Of a stretch of 64,000 bases of DNA, positions 1 to 12,789 are shown piece by piece. The stretch lies in the NCBI GenBank assembly GCA_951406725.2, contig OX597820.1:69130001-69194000 (forward strand), in the 5' to 3' direction. The notes beneath the pieces were generated by a model. The model was not told where the DNA came from. It worked only from the letters and a program-made list of their open reading frames with translations, and did not search any database. Each line of letters begins with the position of its first letter. Positions within the stretch are counted from its first letter, which is position 1. Source of the stretch: Octopus vulgaris (taxonomy: Eukaryota). Position numbers and translations under genes: made by a program.

Positions 1-309
1 CTTTTCAAGCATTCACCTTCTCTCACACTTTTAATGAAGTTAACTTAACAATTATAATTAGCGTTTGGGTATAACTAGTAACATATACGATCAAGTCATA
101 TGGATATCATTAATGTAGAATGACCAGTTATGAAGTAGGTCGCATTATATCAATATGTAATTGTAAATCTCTGGGTAATTTAACGGTCTTCGTAGCTGAA
201 ATTAATTATTTGAAACGGCTTACTTGTTAAATTTATTTACACATTAGACAGTTTAGTCTCATATTATCAACATCACGGCATCACAGTAAACACTTTGAAC
301 TCAAAAAGA

Positions 310-312
<3 letters not shown>

Positions 313-362
<50 letters not shown>

Positions 363-459
363 CACACACAGATATACATCGCCATGTCGATAATATTAAT
401 TGCTCGGTTGTGAGCAACTGAAGAAAACCGTCATTGAGAATTGTCATCTTGTTTATTAT

Positions 460-548
<89 letters not shown>
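313..548. repeat. (CT)n, (TA)n and (GA)n microsatellites
   Basis: Pure dinucleotide tracts at about 313-358, 465-512 and 514-548. Confidence 0.95.
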
Positions 549-550
<2 letters not shown>

Positions 551-607
551 CGTTTTGGAATTTGGTTTGCAAGATTCTTTATGTGAGTTGGTGTGTTGAA
601 TCATATT

Positions 608-884
608 CTGTTGTCTCTGAGGATAGTCATTCTCTTTTAGTGCCTTACAATTTAACACACTCACTGGTAAATTGTCACTCATTTACTTGATTATTTTTCT
701 AAAATTTTCGTTGCATCTTGCAACCTTTTCAGTAGTTATTAACATTCAAAAACTATTGAAAATGTTGCAAGACGCAACGAAAATTTTAGAAAAATAAATA
801 CTAAGTAAATGAGTTGAAATTTTACCGTTGAGTGTGTTAGAATATAAGGTACTAAAAGAGAATGACTCTCCCCAGACACAATAG
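608..884. mobile_element. Fold-back (palindromic) interspersed element with degenerate hammerhead-like motif, copy 1
   Basis: Imperfect inverted arms of about 130 bp centred near 745. Homologous to 31585-31798 (shared gttgcaagacgcaacgaaaattttagaaaaa ... gagtgtgtt ... aaaagagaat). Confidence 0.75.
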
Positions 885-1231
885 ATAGATATAGATATTA
901 TTTAATGAATGACAGAAATACCGGAGTTACATAATCACCTACATTAGCTCTCAACTGTTTGTGGTATATGCAATGTAGAGATAATAGCTTGTGCAAAATT
1001 CTGTAGCTTCTTCGAAGCAATGCCAAAGTGAAAACAGTGTATATATATATATATATATATGCCAATGAATTCCAGCTATATCCCCTATCCTGCGTAGAAT
1101 ATGCTTGCTGCTGAGGTTTAACTCGGATGAAACATGCTCATTTCTTTCATCAGTTGACTTTAAAGCCTCAACTCCACACCAATCTGCATTATCCATCTTG
1201 TCGAAAAATTTATTAGTGTTTTATATACATA

Positions 1232-1302
<71 letters not shown>

Positions 1303-1334
1303 TTACCCTTGCTCAAGGCTGACCAACAGCAATA

Positions 1335-1850
1335 ACACAGGCCACCAGGGGAGCTACTACTTGGTCACTCGTTCCACTAGAAATATCAGCTAAATCTAAA
1401 AAAAAATCACATCACCTGCGTCTAGAAACCGAAATTCTGAGATAATTGGGCAACTGGGGGTACATGACTCAGCTCTGCACGGGGTGAGTGATTCTCTGTC
1501 GCAGCGTTAAACCCTGCGTGGCACTGCTTTAAATTTCTATTCGAATGACTGGCGAAAAATGAAGCGAAGTGCCACACTCAAGGATATAATGCGCCGTTCA
1601 TAGATAAGAAACTCAAGACTTTACGATCGTGACTATGAAAATTCTAACCACAAGGCTACGGGCCTTCAATCACAAGATCCTTACAATCTTGAAATAGGAC
1701 ACGTTGGATAATTTAGTTCTAAGTTTTCTGCACATAGGATCAAGTTGGTTAATATTATTGGAAGGCCTTTAGTGAGGACGGTAAAAAAATAAGGGTGGGC
1801 TTACCTGCTGTAACAGCAATCAGGGCTTACCTGGTGTAACAACAATAACA
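1335..1850. mobile_element. Degenerate SINE fragments (family C pieces around a minus-strand family A head)
   Basis: ctagaaatatcagctaaatct..aaatcaca and the gcttacctg..aacaacaa tail match other family C copies. aagtgccacactcaagg..ctaaccacaaggc resembles a reversed family A head. Confidence 0.45.
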
Positions 1851-2028
1851 AATTGTGAATATTTAAATACTTTTACTTTTCAAATACATCACATTATATT
1901 TTCATAAAATAAATATCCACATGCTTATATTTTAATTATTTCTTCTATATGTATCAGACCACACATTGACTTAGTTTCTTATCTTTATTGTTTCCTAGTC
2001 TCTCTCTCTCTCTCTCTCCATATATACA

Positions 2029-2110
<82 letters not shown>

Positions 2111-3585
2111 TGTTCCCACAGGCAAAGTCTTTCTCGTTTCTATCATTGTTTCCTCTTTTCCTATTTTTCTTTTTGATTCTTCTAGCCCCACTTCACTATC
2201 ATTCGTTTTGCTTAGTATTTATTTTCTTTTTCTTTTTACTTTCATATATTATTTTCTCTTTATTTTCTCCCCTTTTAATTCAACTTCTTTTCGTTCTTCA
2301 CTTGAATTCCCATTTTTAGCAAAAGCACGTTTTATGAAGTCGACTGGAAGCCAAATTACTTTTTTTCCCCTTTATTTCTTTATATTTCTATTATTTTTCG
2401 ATTTTCCTTCTACCCATCACGCCCACCCTTACTTTTTACCGTCCTCACTAAAGTTACACACACACACTCTCACACACACAAGTAAAGGAAGTTGTAATAA
2501 AAGCAGAATACCATCAAGAGGACACACAAACAGATTAGAAAACGAAGATGTTATAAGAGAGAGAGAGAGTTGTGTCTGATTCAACAACGACACAGACCAC
2601 CCGACTAGTTTAAACTAAGGGGTGGCCGTAGAAACTAGGTGAACAATTGTTACCGATCGCGGTTCGGTCTTATACAACAGAAGGTTGAGTGACGTGAGCA
2701 AAGAACGGTTAAGGGTCAAACCCACCTACTCACTCTTACCATTGTTGTTAATGTAACCGAACACTTCGCACTTACCATCAGCTAGCCTTTATTTTGTGCA
2801 AAGCGTATTCGTATGTAAGTCTGTCTGTATATGTTTGTGTATATAGGTATACACGAGTGTATTTATATTACGTGGTTCTATGATTTATGTGTGCGTGTGT
2901 ATATATGTATATGCACACACTTAAACTATATATATATATATATATATACACACGAAGTTTGTATGTGTACGTATATACGTATGTATATGTGGATGGATGG
3001 AAATAGATAGATTGGAGAGGCCGGGTGGACTGATGAACGCTTGTGAAGTTACTTTGTGGAAGTGATAAGAGAGGAATCAACCAAGCGTGAAAATATTATT
3101 CATGCGTAGTTTTTCAAACAGTAATCTGCCACGTTTTGTGTGACGAATTCTAACGATGCGTGCATAGAGTGTACATTTCTCTGTTAGCTATTTGATTGGG
3201 TTATATATTTATACCAACAATATGGCGGACGCCAAATACCTCAAGGGAGCTTGCTGCAGATATGATAGCGACTCACATATGCAATATAGTGAGCTGAAAA
3301 ACTTAGCCAGAGATTATCCTAGCAATTAGTAGGAATACATCCCTCTAGGTTTGTTTAAAATCGCGAAGAAAATCTATATAATATAGAGAATAAGAGGCAA
3401 GGGTGTTAACTCCAATACTATCAGTTCGAAACCTTTTGACAATACAGACAGAGCTGATTGGAGTGAATATACTGTTTAAAGTCAATTGGTAAGACATGTT
3501 TTAGTCTTATTAGACCTCCACATCGGAACATAGTCAGCCCAGATGTTAAGAGTTAGACATTAACAGTTGATCGAATTTTATCTAA

Positions 3586-3672
<87 letters not shown>

Positions 3673-3738
3673 GGTCCCGGGTTGATTCGGGGTTAACCAC
3701 AGTAAATAAGGTACTCAATACATAGCAGAGTAAAATTA

Positions 3739-3849
3739 ATTTATTATATAGAAGGAGCTTTACAGGACTAGAACTGTTTCATTCAAGAGAAATCTTCAGA
3801 TTTCTCTTGAATGAAACAGTTCTAGTCCTGTAGAAGCTCCTTCTATATA

Positions 3850-3855
<6 letters not shown>
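3739..3855. repeat. Near-perfect 117-bp palindrome containing a hammerhead core
   Basis: Arms 3739-3794 and 3799-3855 with loop ttca and one 1-nt indel. Minus strand reads CTGAAGA-tttctcttgaat-GAAACAG-ttctagtc-CTGTA. Confidence 0.9.
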
Positions 3856-3891
<36 letters not shown>

Positions 3892-4799
3892 CGAGAGAGA
3901 GAGAGAGAAAGAGAGAGAGAGTGAGAATGTGAAAGAAAGGGGAGCATTTCTTGAGTGCATTGTTAGATGTAAGGTTGCTCGTTGTGTGATTAAATCTGCA
4001 CGTAGAGTTTCACCTTCCATTTTGCCTTCAATAAATTTATGTGGTTTGTAATGTGCCTAACAGTATTAACGGCTGTAATATACACAGAAAATGAAGGGAA
4101 AAGTATGACTAACACAAGATGCCCCCTATATTATTTGATCTCTATATACGTTTCGCTTTTGTAGCTATTTGCATCTCCTTCAGTGGTTGTTCATAGTATA
4201 TTTGCATGCTGAACCACATCAGTTCTTCAAGGAAAAACTTATTGCATAATGTTTACAGGGATCAAGCATACATAAATGCTAACAGACAAACAATACACCT
4301 GAAGGATCTACCAGAACTTCATGAATGGTTTCCTCTAACTGTCTTACATCAATATCGAGGCTATAGAATTGCAATACGACCTACTCCCTAAGTGAACACA
4401 GATTGGATGAGTATCCCGCTGACAATTTTGTTTGAATTACAGGAACAGAATATCCGGTGGTATTCAACAGTTACTATTTACAAAATTTCGTTCACAAAAT
4501 TTGCTGCACGGGAAGCTACTATAGAATATAATTACTCAAACTTCAGAAATACTTGGTTGCGAAACGAACTTCGTAACCCCATAGCCACGCAAGGTCCTCT
4601 TCAAGCAACATGGTTCAAAAGCTGTTAAACGTCTGCTCCTTCGATATGCTTTTGATAAATGTTGATTCGAACCATTTAAAACAAGAAATACAGCGTGGTA
4701 GTAATGGTGGTGGTGGCAGTGTGAATACTTGTGTGATGATGCATCACTTGCTGTATAGATTCAACATATTGTTGAAGTATATTGGTTGATTTCAACGCG

Positions 4800-4970
4800 G
4801 CACAATGACCTAATTTTTCCATAAAAACAAAAACAAAATCCTTATTTACAACATAGTTGTAAGATTTGCGGAAGATATAGACGAAGAATATATTTCGAAT
4901 TGTTTTCAACCAAAATTCAGAATCGCCTCGCAGTCATGTCTCACACGGAAGTTGTTTTAAGACACTCGCT
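4800..4970 (+). pseudogene. Possible decayed Tc1/mariner transposase C-terminal fragment
   Basis: One frame reads RFAEDIDEEYISNCFQPKFRIASQ, which by eye resembles the end of Tc1-type DDE domains. No intact ORF. Confidence 0.25.
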
Positions 4971-5593
4971 ACCTATTTTACAAAGATATCGATTTCTTTT
5001 GTTAAATTATTGATATCGTTTTAGCTACTTGTCTCAAAGACATTGCCTCGACTGTTAAAACAGACTAAATTAAACAAATAAAAAGAAGTTTAATAATTCA
5101 GACATTTCAACTACACGCAAGAATCATTTTGTGAGACAAGGATGAAGGTCGATATTTCCAACCCTTTACTTTGTTGGCACTTTTTATGATCAAAATGTGT
5201 ATACAAAGAGTGAAGTCAACTCCAGCGTGATTTGAACCCCGAAGTAATAGTTCGAAACTGAATATTGTTTGGCATCAAATTCAGTGCTGTATCGTCCATG
5301 ATACCAGACTGCCCTTCAGTTGTATAGTAAATTAAGCCTCAAGATATAAACAAACGCTTTTGGGGTTCCAACTAAAAAGAAAAATAGACATAATTGCAGC
5401 AAAGATAAAAGTAGGATTTTGAAATCAGCCATAAAATTAGAGGATTCACTAACATCTAACCACCAACTACTTTTCAGGTGATTTTTCACACTGCATATAT
5501 TTTCTTTCAAAACCTTCCGAATTATCCGAAACGCTATTATTATGTATTATATACATACGTACTTATATGCATGCAAACGTGTATAGTTAGCTG

Positions 5594-5685
<92 letters not shown>

Positions 5686-7281
5686 ATATGCATACACATA
5701 TTAATACGAAAAACATGCTTATTTCGCATGTGATCTGGTCAAAAAATCGCAGGCATGAAAGGCAGTGGATGTCAGAAGGCAGGTCGGAATAAATGAAGTG
5801 TCTTTCTTGGTTTATCATCAACTGGTGACTCATTTCTGGGGAGTAAGTAGTTTAGAAAATTAATATAATCATCTCTGATCTTGTCTTGTTCTGATTTAGT
5901 ACAAAAGCAAATATTTTTGAGTTGTCCCCCTTAAATAATAGATGGCGGGAAAGTCTAGTATAGTTAAGGCCTTTTACAATTGCAACAAGAAACAATGATC
6001 AATAGAAAGTTGTCGGATAATATCCACTGATCCTATGGACTTGTTAATAATTTCTTACTCATTTAGAAGGATACGAAATTGCCTATGTGCTTAAGATAAA
6101 TCTAACGTTACTAGGAACGGGAGAAAGAAGTGTCGCCTGGTTTCATACAGACCGTTATTCAAACATGAAACATCAAAAAGCTGTGCGAATGCCGAGAATC
6201 ACTAGCAGAAGAGATAATGAAGGCCTTTACTTCCACTCTTTGAAACCAATTAAGAAAATATGAACCGTTATTCGTTATTCTAGCAAATGATGCGACAACC
6301 AGTCTGTCTAATATCTGCTATTTATCTCTCTCATCCCCTACCTACTCTCTCACTCATTCTCTCGTTCTGTCTGTCTTTCTCTGCTACAACTGAAAATTGA
6401 TTAGACACAGCTAATGTGAGAACTGAATGAGTTAACAACATACACTAAAACGCATCCATCTTCTCTTACTGTGCACGTTGTCCAGTCGTAAGATTTCCAC
6501 TATTCCAAATGACGCAGAAAATAAAACTTCCTCTTTCGTTTTTTCTTTTGCTCTTTCTGTCTATGTTTGCTTTTACAAATGTCTTTCTTTCTTTTTTCTT
6601 TTATTATTTTATTCCTTTCATTCTTCATCTTTTCTTTTTTTTCTTTTTCATTGTCCTTCAAAAAATCCTGATCATATTTCTTATTTCCCATCATTTTAAT
6701 ATATTCTGTACCTCTCTGTACTTTGCTTGCATCGCTGCAAATATTTATTTTTGTTTATTTATTCATTCTTTTGTTCTCTTTTATTTTATTTCATTTCATT
6801 TATTTTCTTCCCTGCTCAAGAAGGAAAATAACTACCGAATTAATGTATACGCCAGCCGCACCCCACAATACCTATCCTAGAAAATAATTACCGTAAAACA
6901 AAAACCAACACAAATAAATCAGAAAACTAGAAAAAAGCAATAGGACATGAAAGACAATCAGGATGGGAATAATTAAGCTGAAAAATAATATCTGTGTGTG
7001 AGTGAGAGGAGCTTTGCTCGTTTTATTCTAGTTAAGACTACATTCCGTCCTGTTTCTCAATATAACAAACTATGAAGAAGGGACTTTGAAAAATTCCTCT
7101 GAAAACTGTAAAAATCGCTTCAAACAATTTTTCAATATATATATATATATAAATATACATTTATATACACATACATATACGTACACATACATACACATGC
7201 ATACACACATACATGCATACACATACACACTCTCAAACAAATATACAAACAGACAAGATACATCCACTATATCTATATTTG

Positions 7282-7282
<1 letters not shown>

Positions 7283-7379
<97 letters not shown>
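7283..7379. repeat. (GATA)n microsatellite
   Basis: Pure tetranucleotide tract. Confidence 0.95.
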
Positions 7380-7380
<1 letters not shown>

Positions 7381-8619
7381 AGTGGATGTATGTTTGTATC
7401 TATGTGTGTTTTCACAGAAGCCCGTGTGTGTGTGTGTGTGTATATTTTCTTGATTTCCGTGTAAATAAATATCAAATATATAAAGATGAAAGGCTGTTTC
7501 TCAGAACACTAGCCAAATTGGAAGGGAGAAGGGATAGAGGAAGCCACAACGAGATGAAGATAGTTATATCAATATTTTGTATCGTTTTGCCCATCTGTTA
7601 TACTAAATCCTACAACATTAGTATTACTACAGAGTGTTCAAAATGTCTCTCCGCAGTATTTTATTGCAAAATAAATATTTATAAGATTCCTTTTTGATTA
7701 AGACCAAGACCACAGCATTTGTAGTTATATTATGCTTGACTTGTTTTACTATTGTTAATTGGTTTATCGATCTCTAAAGATCCAAAATATTCAAAGCAGA
7801 AGTAGTATACACACAAACTCCTGAGATCGAATCTCAGAAAAATCATGACGATTATTCGAAGCAAATATCGATCCTGTAGCTATTTCCCTAATACGCTGCC
7901 GGTGCCTGGCTTCAACACTGAGTATTTGTATCTGTGGATTACTCAGTCATATATATAAACTTAGTAAGCAGGTAATTTACTTGAAGTACTTGATAACTCA
8001 TCGTCGAAACGGGTGGATGATCCAAGTTCTTACATTTATGTATGCATACATACTTATTCAAATATCCATCTGGGTATATATATGTATGCAAGTAAAGAAA
8101 CAAGAAATTATATTAGACAAAAGGAATAATTAATTTGGCTACTTTTCTTAACGATTTTTACATTAATTTCTATGATTATATTCTAATGAATTTTTCTGTT
8201 CACCGCATTAACACATCGTATTCCAAGCAATTTTATTTAATTTATTCATTTGGTTTGTAATCTAAATTTCATACTGACTTCATAAAATTATGTATTGTAT
8301 AAGATGGGTTTTACTTTACCGAGGATGAAATAAGTATATCATTCTTTCTGATGCCTGTATGATATCGTGTCTTTGTGGCTGACCAGAAATTATAATCTGT
8401 CTATCAAAGTGTTATTCGTCCATCACCTATCTTTTCCCTTCTTTGATGAACTCAGGCAAACTGTTTAATATTAGCAATTTTCCGACAAAGCCTTGCAATT
8501 CCCTTTTCTTTCTTTCCTCCTTGTTTATTTTTTACCCTATCACTTCTCCTGTCAATCTCTTCTCTCTTTCTTTTCAATAAAATGGCATATTACATACAGA
8601 TGTCGCCAGCTTTCTCGTT

Positions 8620-8730
8620 GGGGAGCAAAGGTCATGCGACAATCACCAACCGGAAGTGCAGATCACATGACTTGATCAAAGAATATCCTCACCAATTAGT
8701 TGGGAATGTCCCCCTTGTTCCAATTACGCT
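8620..8730. promoter_or_regulatory. Candidate enhancer (dense TF-motif cluster)
   Basis: CAAAGGTCA, ACCGGAAGTG (8649-8658), ATCACATGAC, GATCAAAG and GGGAATGTCCCC all lie within about 100 bp of non-repetitive sequence. Confidence 0.45.
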
Positions 8731-9833
8731 CCCCGTCCAATTGTTCAACCAATTCAGGTGGAAGTAAAATTCTACTCATTATCAATATTAGGGCTGCTTG
8801 TTGGCTATGATCACTTTAGATGTTCACTGCATGTTTGTGCTGTGTCTCTGTAGAGTTAGGGGAATCAAGAACTGTAACGAAGGCTTATTTCGTAATCTAT
8901 GCGCCATATCTTGTTGACAGCTCACTGGCATGGACACACTTTCTCATGCCCTTTACGAACGAACCATCCTCTCAGAAATGCAGGTTTAATGAACGGAGTA
9001 GAATATTCTTTTTTTTTTTAAAAAAAAAAAAGAAAGACAGATAAAGAACGATATTACGAGAGAGTACTAATGTGAGAGTGGGAGAGAAAATGGAATGAGA
9101 AATAACAAAAAAAACAAAACAAATATATCCATAAAAGTATGAGATAAAGGATACAAACAAAAACTAGTTTTAAAATACAGAAAACAAATGCAAAGAGACA
9201 TCATTATTATTATTATTTTTTGTTTTTGTTTTAGAGAAAAAATAATGAATGGGAAAGAAACAAAGGAATAACAGAGACAGTATTTTTGGTTAAGCAATAC
9301 ATGATACAGACGAGCATTTCAAATGAAACGACAAAATTATCTGCATAGTGTGTGAAAGTTTTTTGTTAATTTGTGTGTGCGAGTGTACGCGTGTGTATGA
9401 CATGTGCATATGTGTACGTATGTCTAGTATATGTGAATATATGTTTACATGTGCGATGCATGGATGTTTTTTTTCTTTTAAAATGTTTCTAATATTTTTT
9501 CTCTACTCTTTTATTTAAATTTCAGGTGATAAATATATGAAATAATAGTTCTAAATTACATGTTTGTTAGTACGTAACATAATAATCTTCTCACACACAT
9601 GATAAACATGAGTATTCATACTATGTGTTATTTCGCATAACCTATATATATATATAATGATATATTAATAATTTTGGTAAACTGTCGGTAAAACAATTTT
9701 AATATTGTGCTATAAAATGTGTTGCTCACTCCATTCCTCCTGTTTGTTTCTTTGTTGTACACACACACACACACACACACACGCACATACACATACACGC
9801 ATAGGTGTGTATATATATACATACATAGGCATA

Positions 9834-10250
9834 GGCGTAGGAGTGGCTGTGTGGTAAGTAGCTTGCTTACGATCCACATGGTTCCGAGTTCAGTCCCACT
9901 GCGTGACACCTTGGGCAAGTGTCTTCTACTATAACCTTGTAAGTGGATTTGGTAGGCGGAAACTGAAAGAAGCCCATCGTATATATATATATATATATAT
10001 ACACACGACGGGCTTCTTTCAGTTTATATATATATGTATGTGTGTATATATGTTTGTGTGTGTTTATCCCCCCCCCCCCCACAGATGCTGGTGTATTTAC
10101 GTCCCCGTAACATAGCGGTTCGGCAAAAGAGCCCGATCGAATAAGTACTAGGCTTACAAAGAATAATTCCTGAGGTTGATTTGCTTGACTAAAAGGCGGT
10201 GCTCCAGCATGGTCACAGTCAAATGACTGAAACAAGTAAGAGTAAAGAGT
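9834..10250 (+). mobile_element. tRNA-derived SINE, family A (CORE-like domain, internal microsatellite)
   Basis: Head ggcgtaggagtggctgtgtggtaag with A box and B box (gagttcagtccc), ccttgggcaagtg CORE-like motif, internal (TA)/(TG) tract and conserved tail aaggcggtgctccagcatgg..tgactgaaacaagt. Highly similar to 49069-49498. Confidence 0.9.
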
Positions 10251-10440
10251 ATACACACACACACACACACACACTCACACACACATGCAGGTGGTAGTGT
10301 AGGGAATAGTCATCAGTCAAGCATGCAAGCGAGAAATTAAACTATCAATTTGTTTATGAATTTCAATGGTTTATTCAGCCATAATACAGCGTGGTTTACA
10401 CAAAGTGTCTTTAGAATATTCGTCGGCTCGCAGAGAAAGA

Positions 10441-10611
10441 GATTAAGTCGATTATGCCGACCTCAGTGCGTAACTGGTACTTATTTAATTGACCCCGAAC
10501 GGGTCAAAGGCAAAGTCGATTTCAGCGGAATTTGTACTCAGAACGTAACGTCAGACGAAATACCGCTAAGCATATCGCCCGGCGTGCAAACGATTCTGCC
10601 AGCTCACCGCC
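10441..10611 (-). mobile_element. tRNA-derived SINE, family B
   Basis: Reverse complement reads ggcggtgagctggcagaatcg..gttctgagt..gactttgcctttga..ggggtcaattaaataagtaccag. Many homologous copies in the window. Confidence 0.85.
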
Positions 10612-10709
10612 TTGCATTCTCAAATAAATTCGTATAAGAAGCTTAATAAATAATATTGTGTGTCCCATTCACGACAGGATACTTGTCTTTCCTCATACTT
10701 TAATTTATG

Positions 10710-10905
10710 CAGGCAACTGGGTAACATCTACCGTGTTGGTAGCAGGAGAATATCCCTTCAAATCATACTTTACTGTCTTAAAAAGGGTGGACTCATCGAA
10801 CAATGTTATTGTAATATATAGTGGATGGCCTGATCTGGAACGACTTTGACCACATGTCTATCTGATTAAGGGTGAGTTTGGGCTAAACAATAACAGAAGC
10901 AATAA
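10710..10905 (+). mobile_element. SINE-like repeat, family C
   Basis: Shares ccttcaaatcata..gtcttaaaaa..gggctaaacaa tail with 26690-26765, 43870-44075 and 55250-55370. Confidence 0.5.
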
Positions 10906-12789
10906 TATATTAATTCATGATTTAAACTCAAAGCCACAATTTCGATCAGAATGGACATGTACACTGGGATAGATCTGAATTCATAAATGATACGCTGATG
11001 TTCGAAACTGGGGCGACGAAAAGCAAATTTGATGCCGATTTTATTAAATTAAAGGGTAAATTTCTTACAGTTACACCCGTCTCATGAGACGCGTGTAATC
11101 AATGATCGCCGAACTTTCGGATGGGGCTAGAAAATGTAAAAGTATTGTTTCGAGAAATAATTTCGCTCACAGGAAACAGCAACCCAAATTCTTTGCCCTT
11201 TTCTATGGAGTAATGATAGCTATTCTCTAAGCCTGCAAATTAGAGATTACAACCATCTTACTAGACTCGTGTAATGATGTAAAAAGCAAGAAAAATTCTT
11301 TTCAGTGACTCACTTTCTATTGTTTCTAATAACTGAAACTCCTGTCCTTTTCCTTTTTCTTCAATGAATTTACATTTGATTTTGTTCCAGCGCTCTCCGT
11401 TCGTTCGACGTTCAAATCTCGGAGGTCAACTTTATCTTTCATCCTTTTTAGTGTCCATAAAGTAACAGAGCAGATCAAAGGACTGTATATCTTTTGGCTC
11501 CTTACATGCTAAATTATTTGTTGGCTGCAATTAATCTCTAGCACTGCTTAACACCACTCCTTGGTCCTTGATCAGAGAAATTTGCTTGTACGCGAATTTT
11601 ATTTTTCTGTATAAACTATGAGTGCATCTATACGAGTAGCTATCTTGAACTGAAAATGTTTCATGTCATCTGGAAATCCTGGAGTGTGCAATATTTTCTT
11701 TTCTACACAAAATGTGTTCGTGCGCGCCGTTCTCTCCATTATCAAAGGTAAAAATATTTTATAAAAAATATTCTTATTTTACAATAATTTTTGAAAATAT
11801 TGGTTTTAGGTATAAGAGTCATATTTTTTGAACAAAATGTTTGAGACCATTGTTACGTTACTCATACTAATTCCGACGTCTTTAGAGATATAATAGATGT
11901 GATATTTCTACTGCATACAAAAGCTTGAAGCTTGGTGATCTAGGGATGCTGGAAATCTTCCGGAAGCCTGCCTCGGTTACACATTCTATTACGAAAAGTC
12001 AAGATTTAATATACAGTTCAAGGTAAATATTTGTCACAAAGCATATTGGATGACAGTGTCTTATTTAGCTGCTTATTTTTTTCTAAATTCAAATTAAAAA
12101 AAAAACTGACTTCAACATACTGAAGTTGATTAAAGATATTAATTATGTGCTAATGAATAATCAGATCTTTTTATGAGACGGAATTAATGTCAGGTAAGGA
12201 AATTTAATTGATAAACAAATTGATAACAATTTAAGTGTGAAGAATGAAATAAAATTATGTCGAAATTTATACAGTTTATATGAGGGACTTAGAGCAAAGG
12301 TTCGGCTTTGGTTTATTTTTTTCTGTTTTCTATTTCATCTCGATGAATTCATAAATGCTGTATATGTTTGTGACTGCTTTTAGTCGCTAGAGATATTTTA
12401 ACTATGTAAAACACTGTTTATTATGAAAAGGAAAAAAAAGTACTTGAAAGGAAATTAGTAGGCTTGGTATGAGAATATTTGATAATTTTACTTAGTCCTT
12501 TCATGTGTTATCTATTTTTAACTTTTAGTAAGTTCGCACCGCGTGTACGTTTGTGCATAAGGTCTTGTTTGAGTTACGTGTCGTAGGCTCATATTATATT
12601 TTTCAAAATTATCTGTATACTAAACTAGTAGGGAGTTACTATGTCGATATTTAAGCTCGTGATGTAAGGAATTGAACTGGACGTTGATGCTGACAGCACA
12701 ATGGAGTTCCTGTTTTTCCTGGTTTATTAAGTGTAGAAAGTGCATGGTTTATTACTTGAGTGTCTAATGTTTACTTTTGCGCAGATATT

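Noticed and set aside
1797-1848. Tandem 26-bp duplication giving two CAG|GTAAGC donors on the minus strand
   Set aside because: It matches the family C repeat tail (compare 26728-26760), so the splice-like signal is repeat-derived.
4148-4186. Minus-strand CTGAAGG...GAAACGTA hammerhead-like trace
   Set aside because: The core is altered and neither stem I nor a proper stem II can be drawn.
9834-9910. tRNA-like A and B boxes (also at 20649, 44480 and 49069)
   Set aside because: These are SINE heads continuing into SINE bodies. There is no complete cloverleaf, so they are not tRNA genes.
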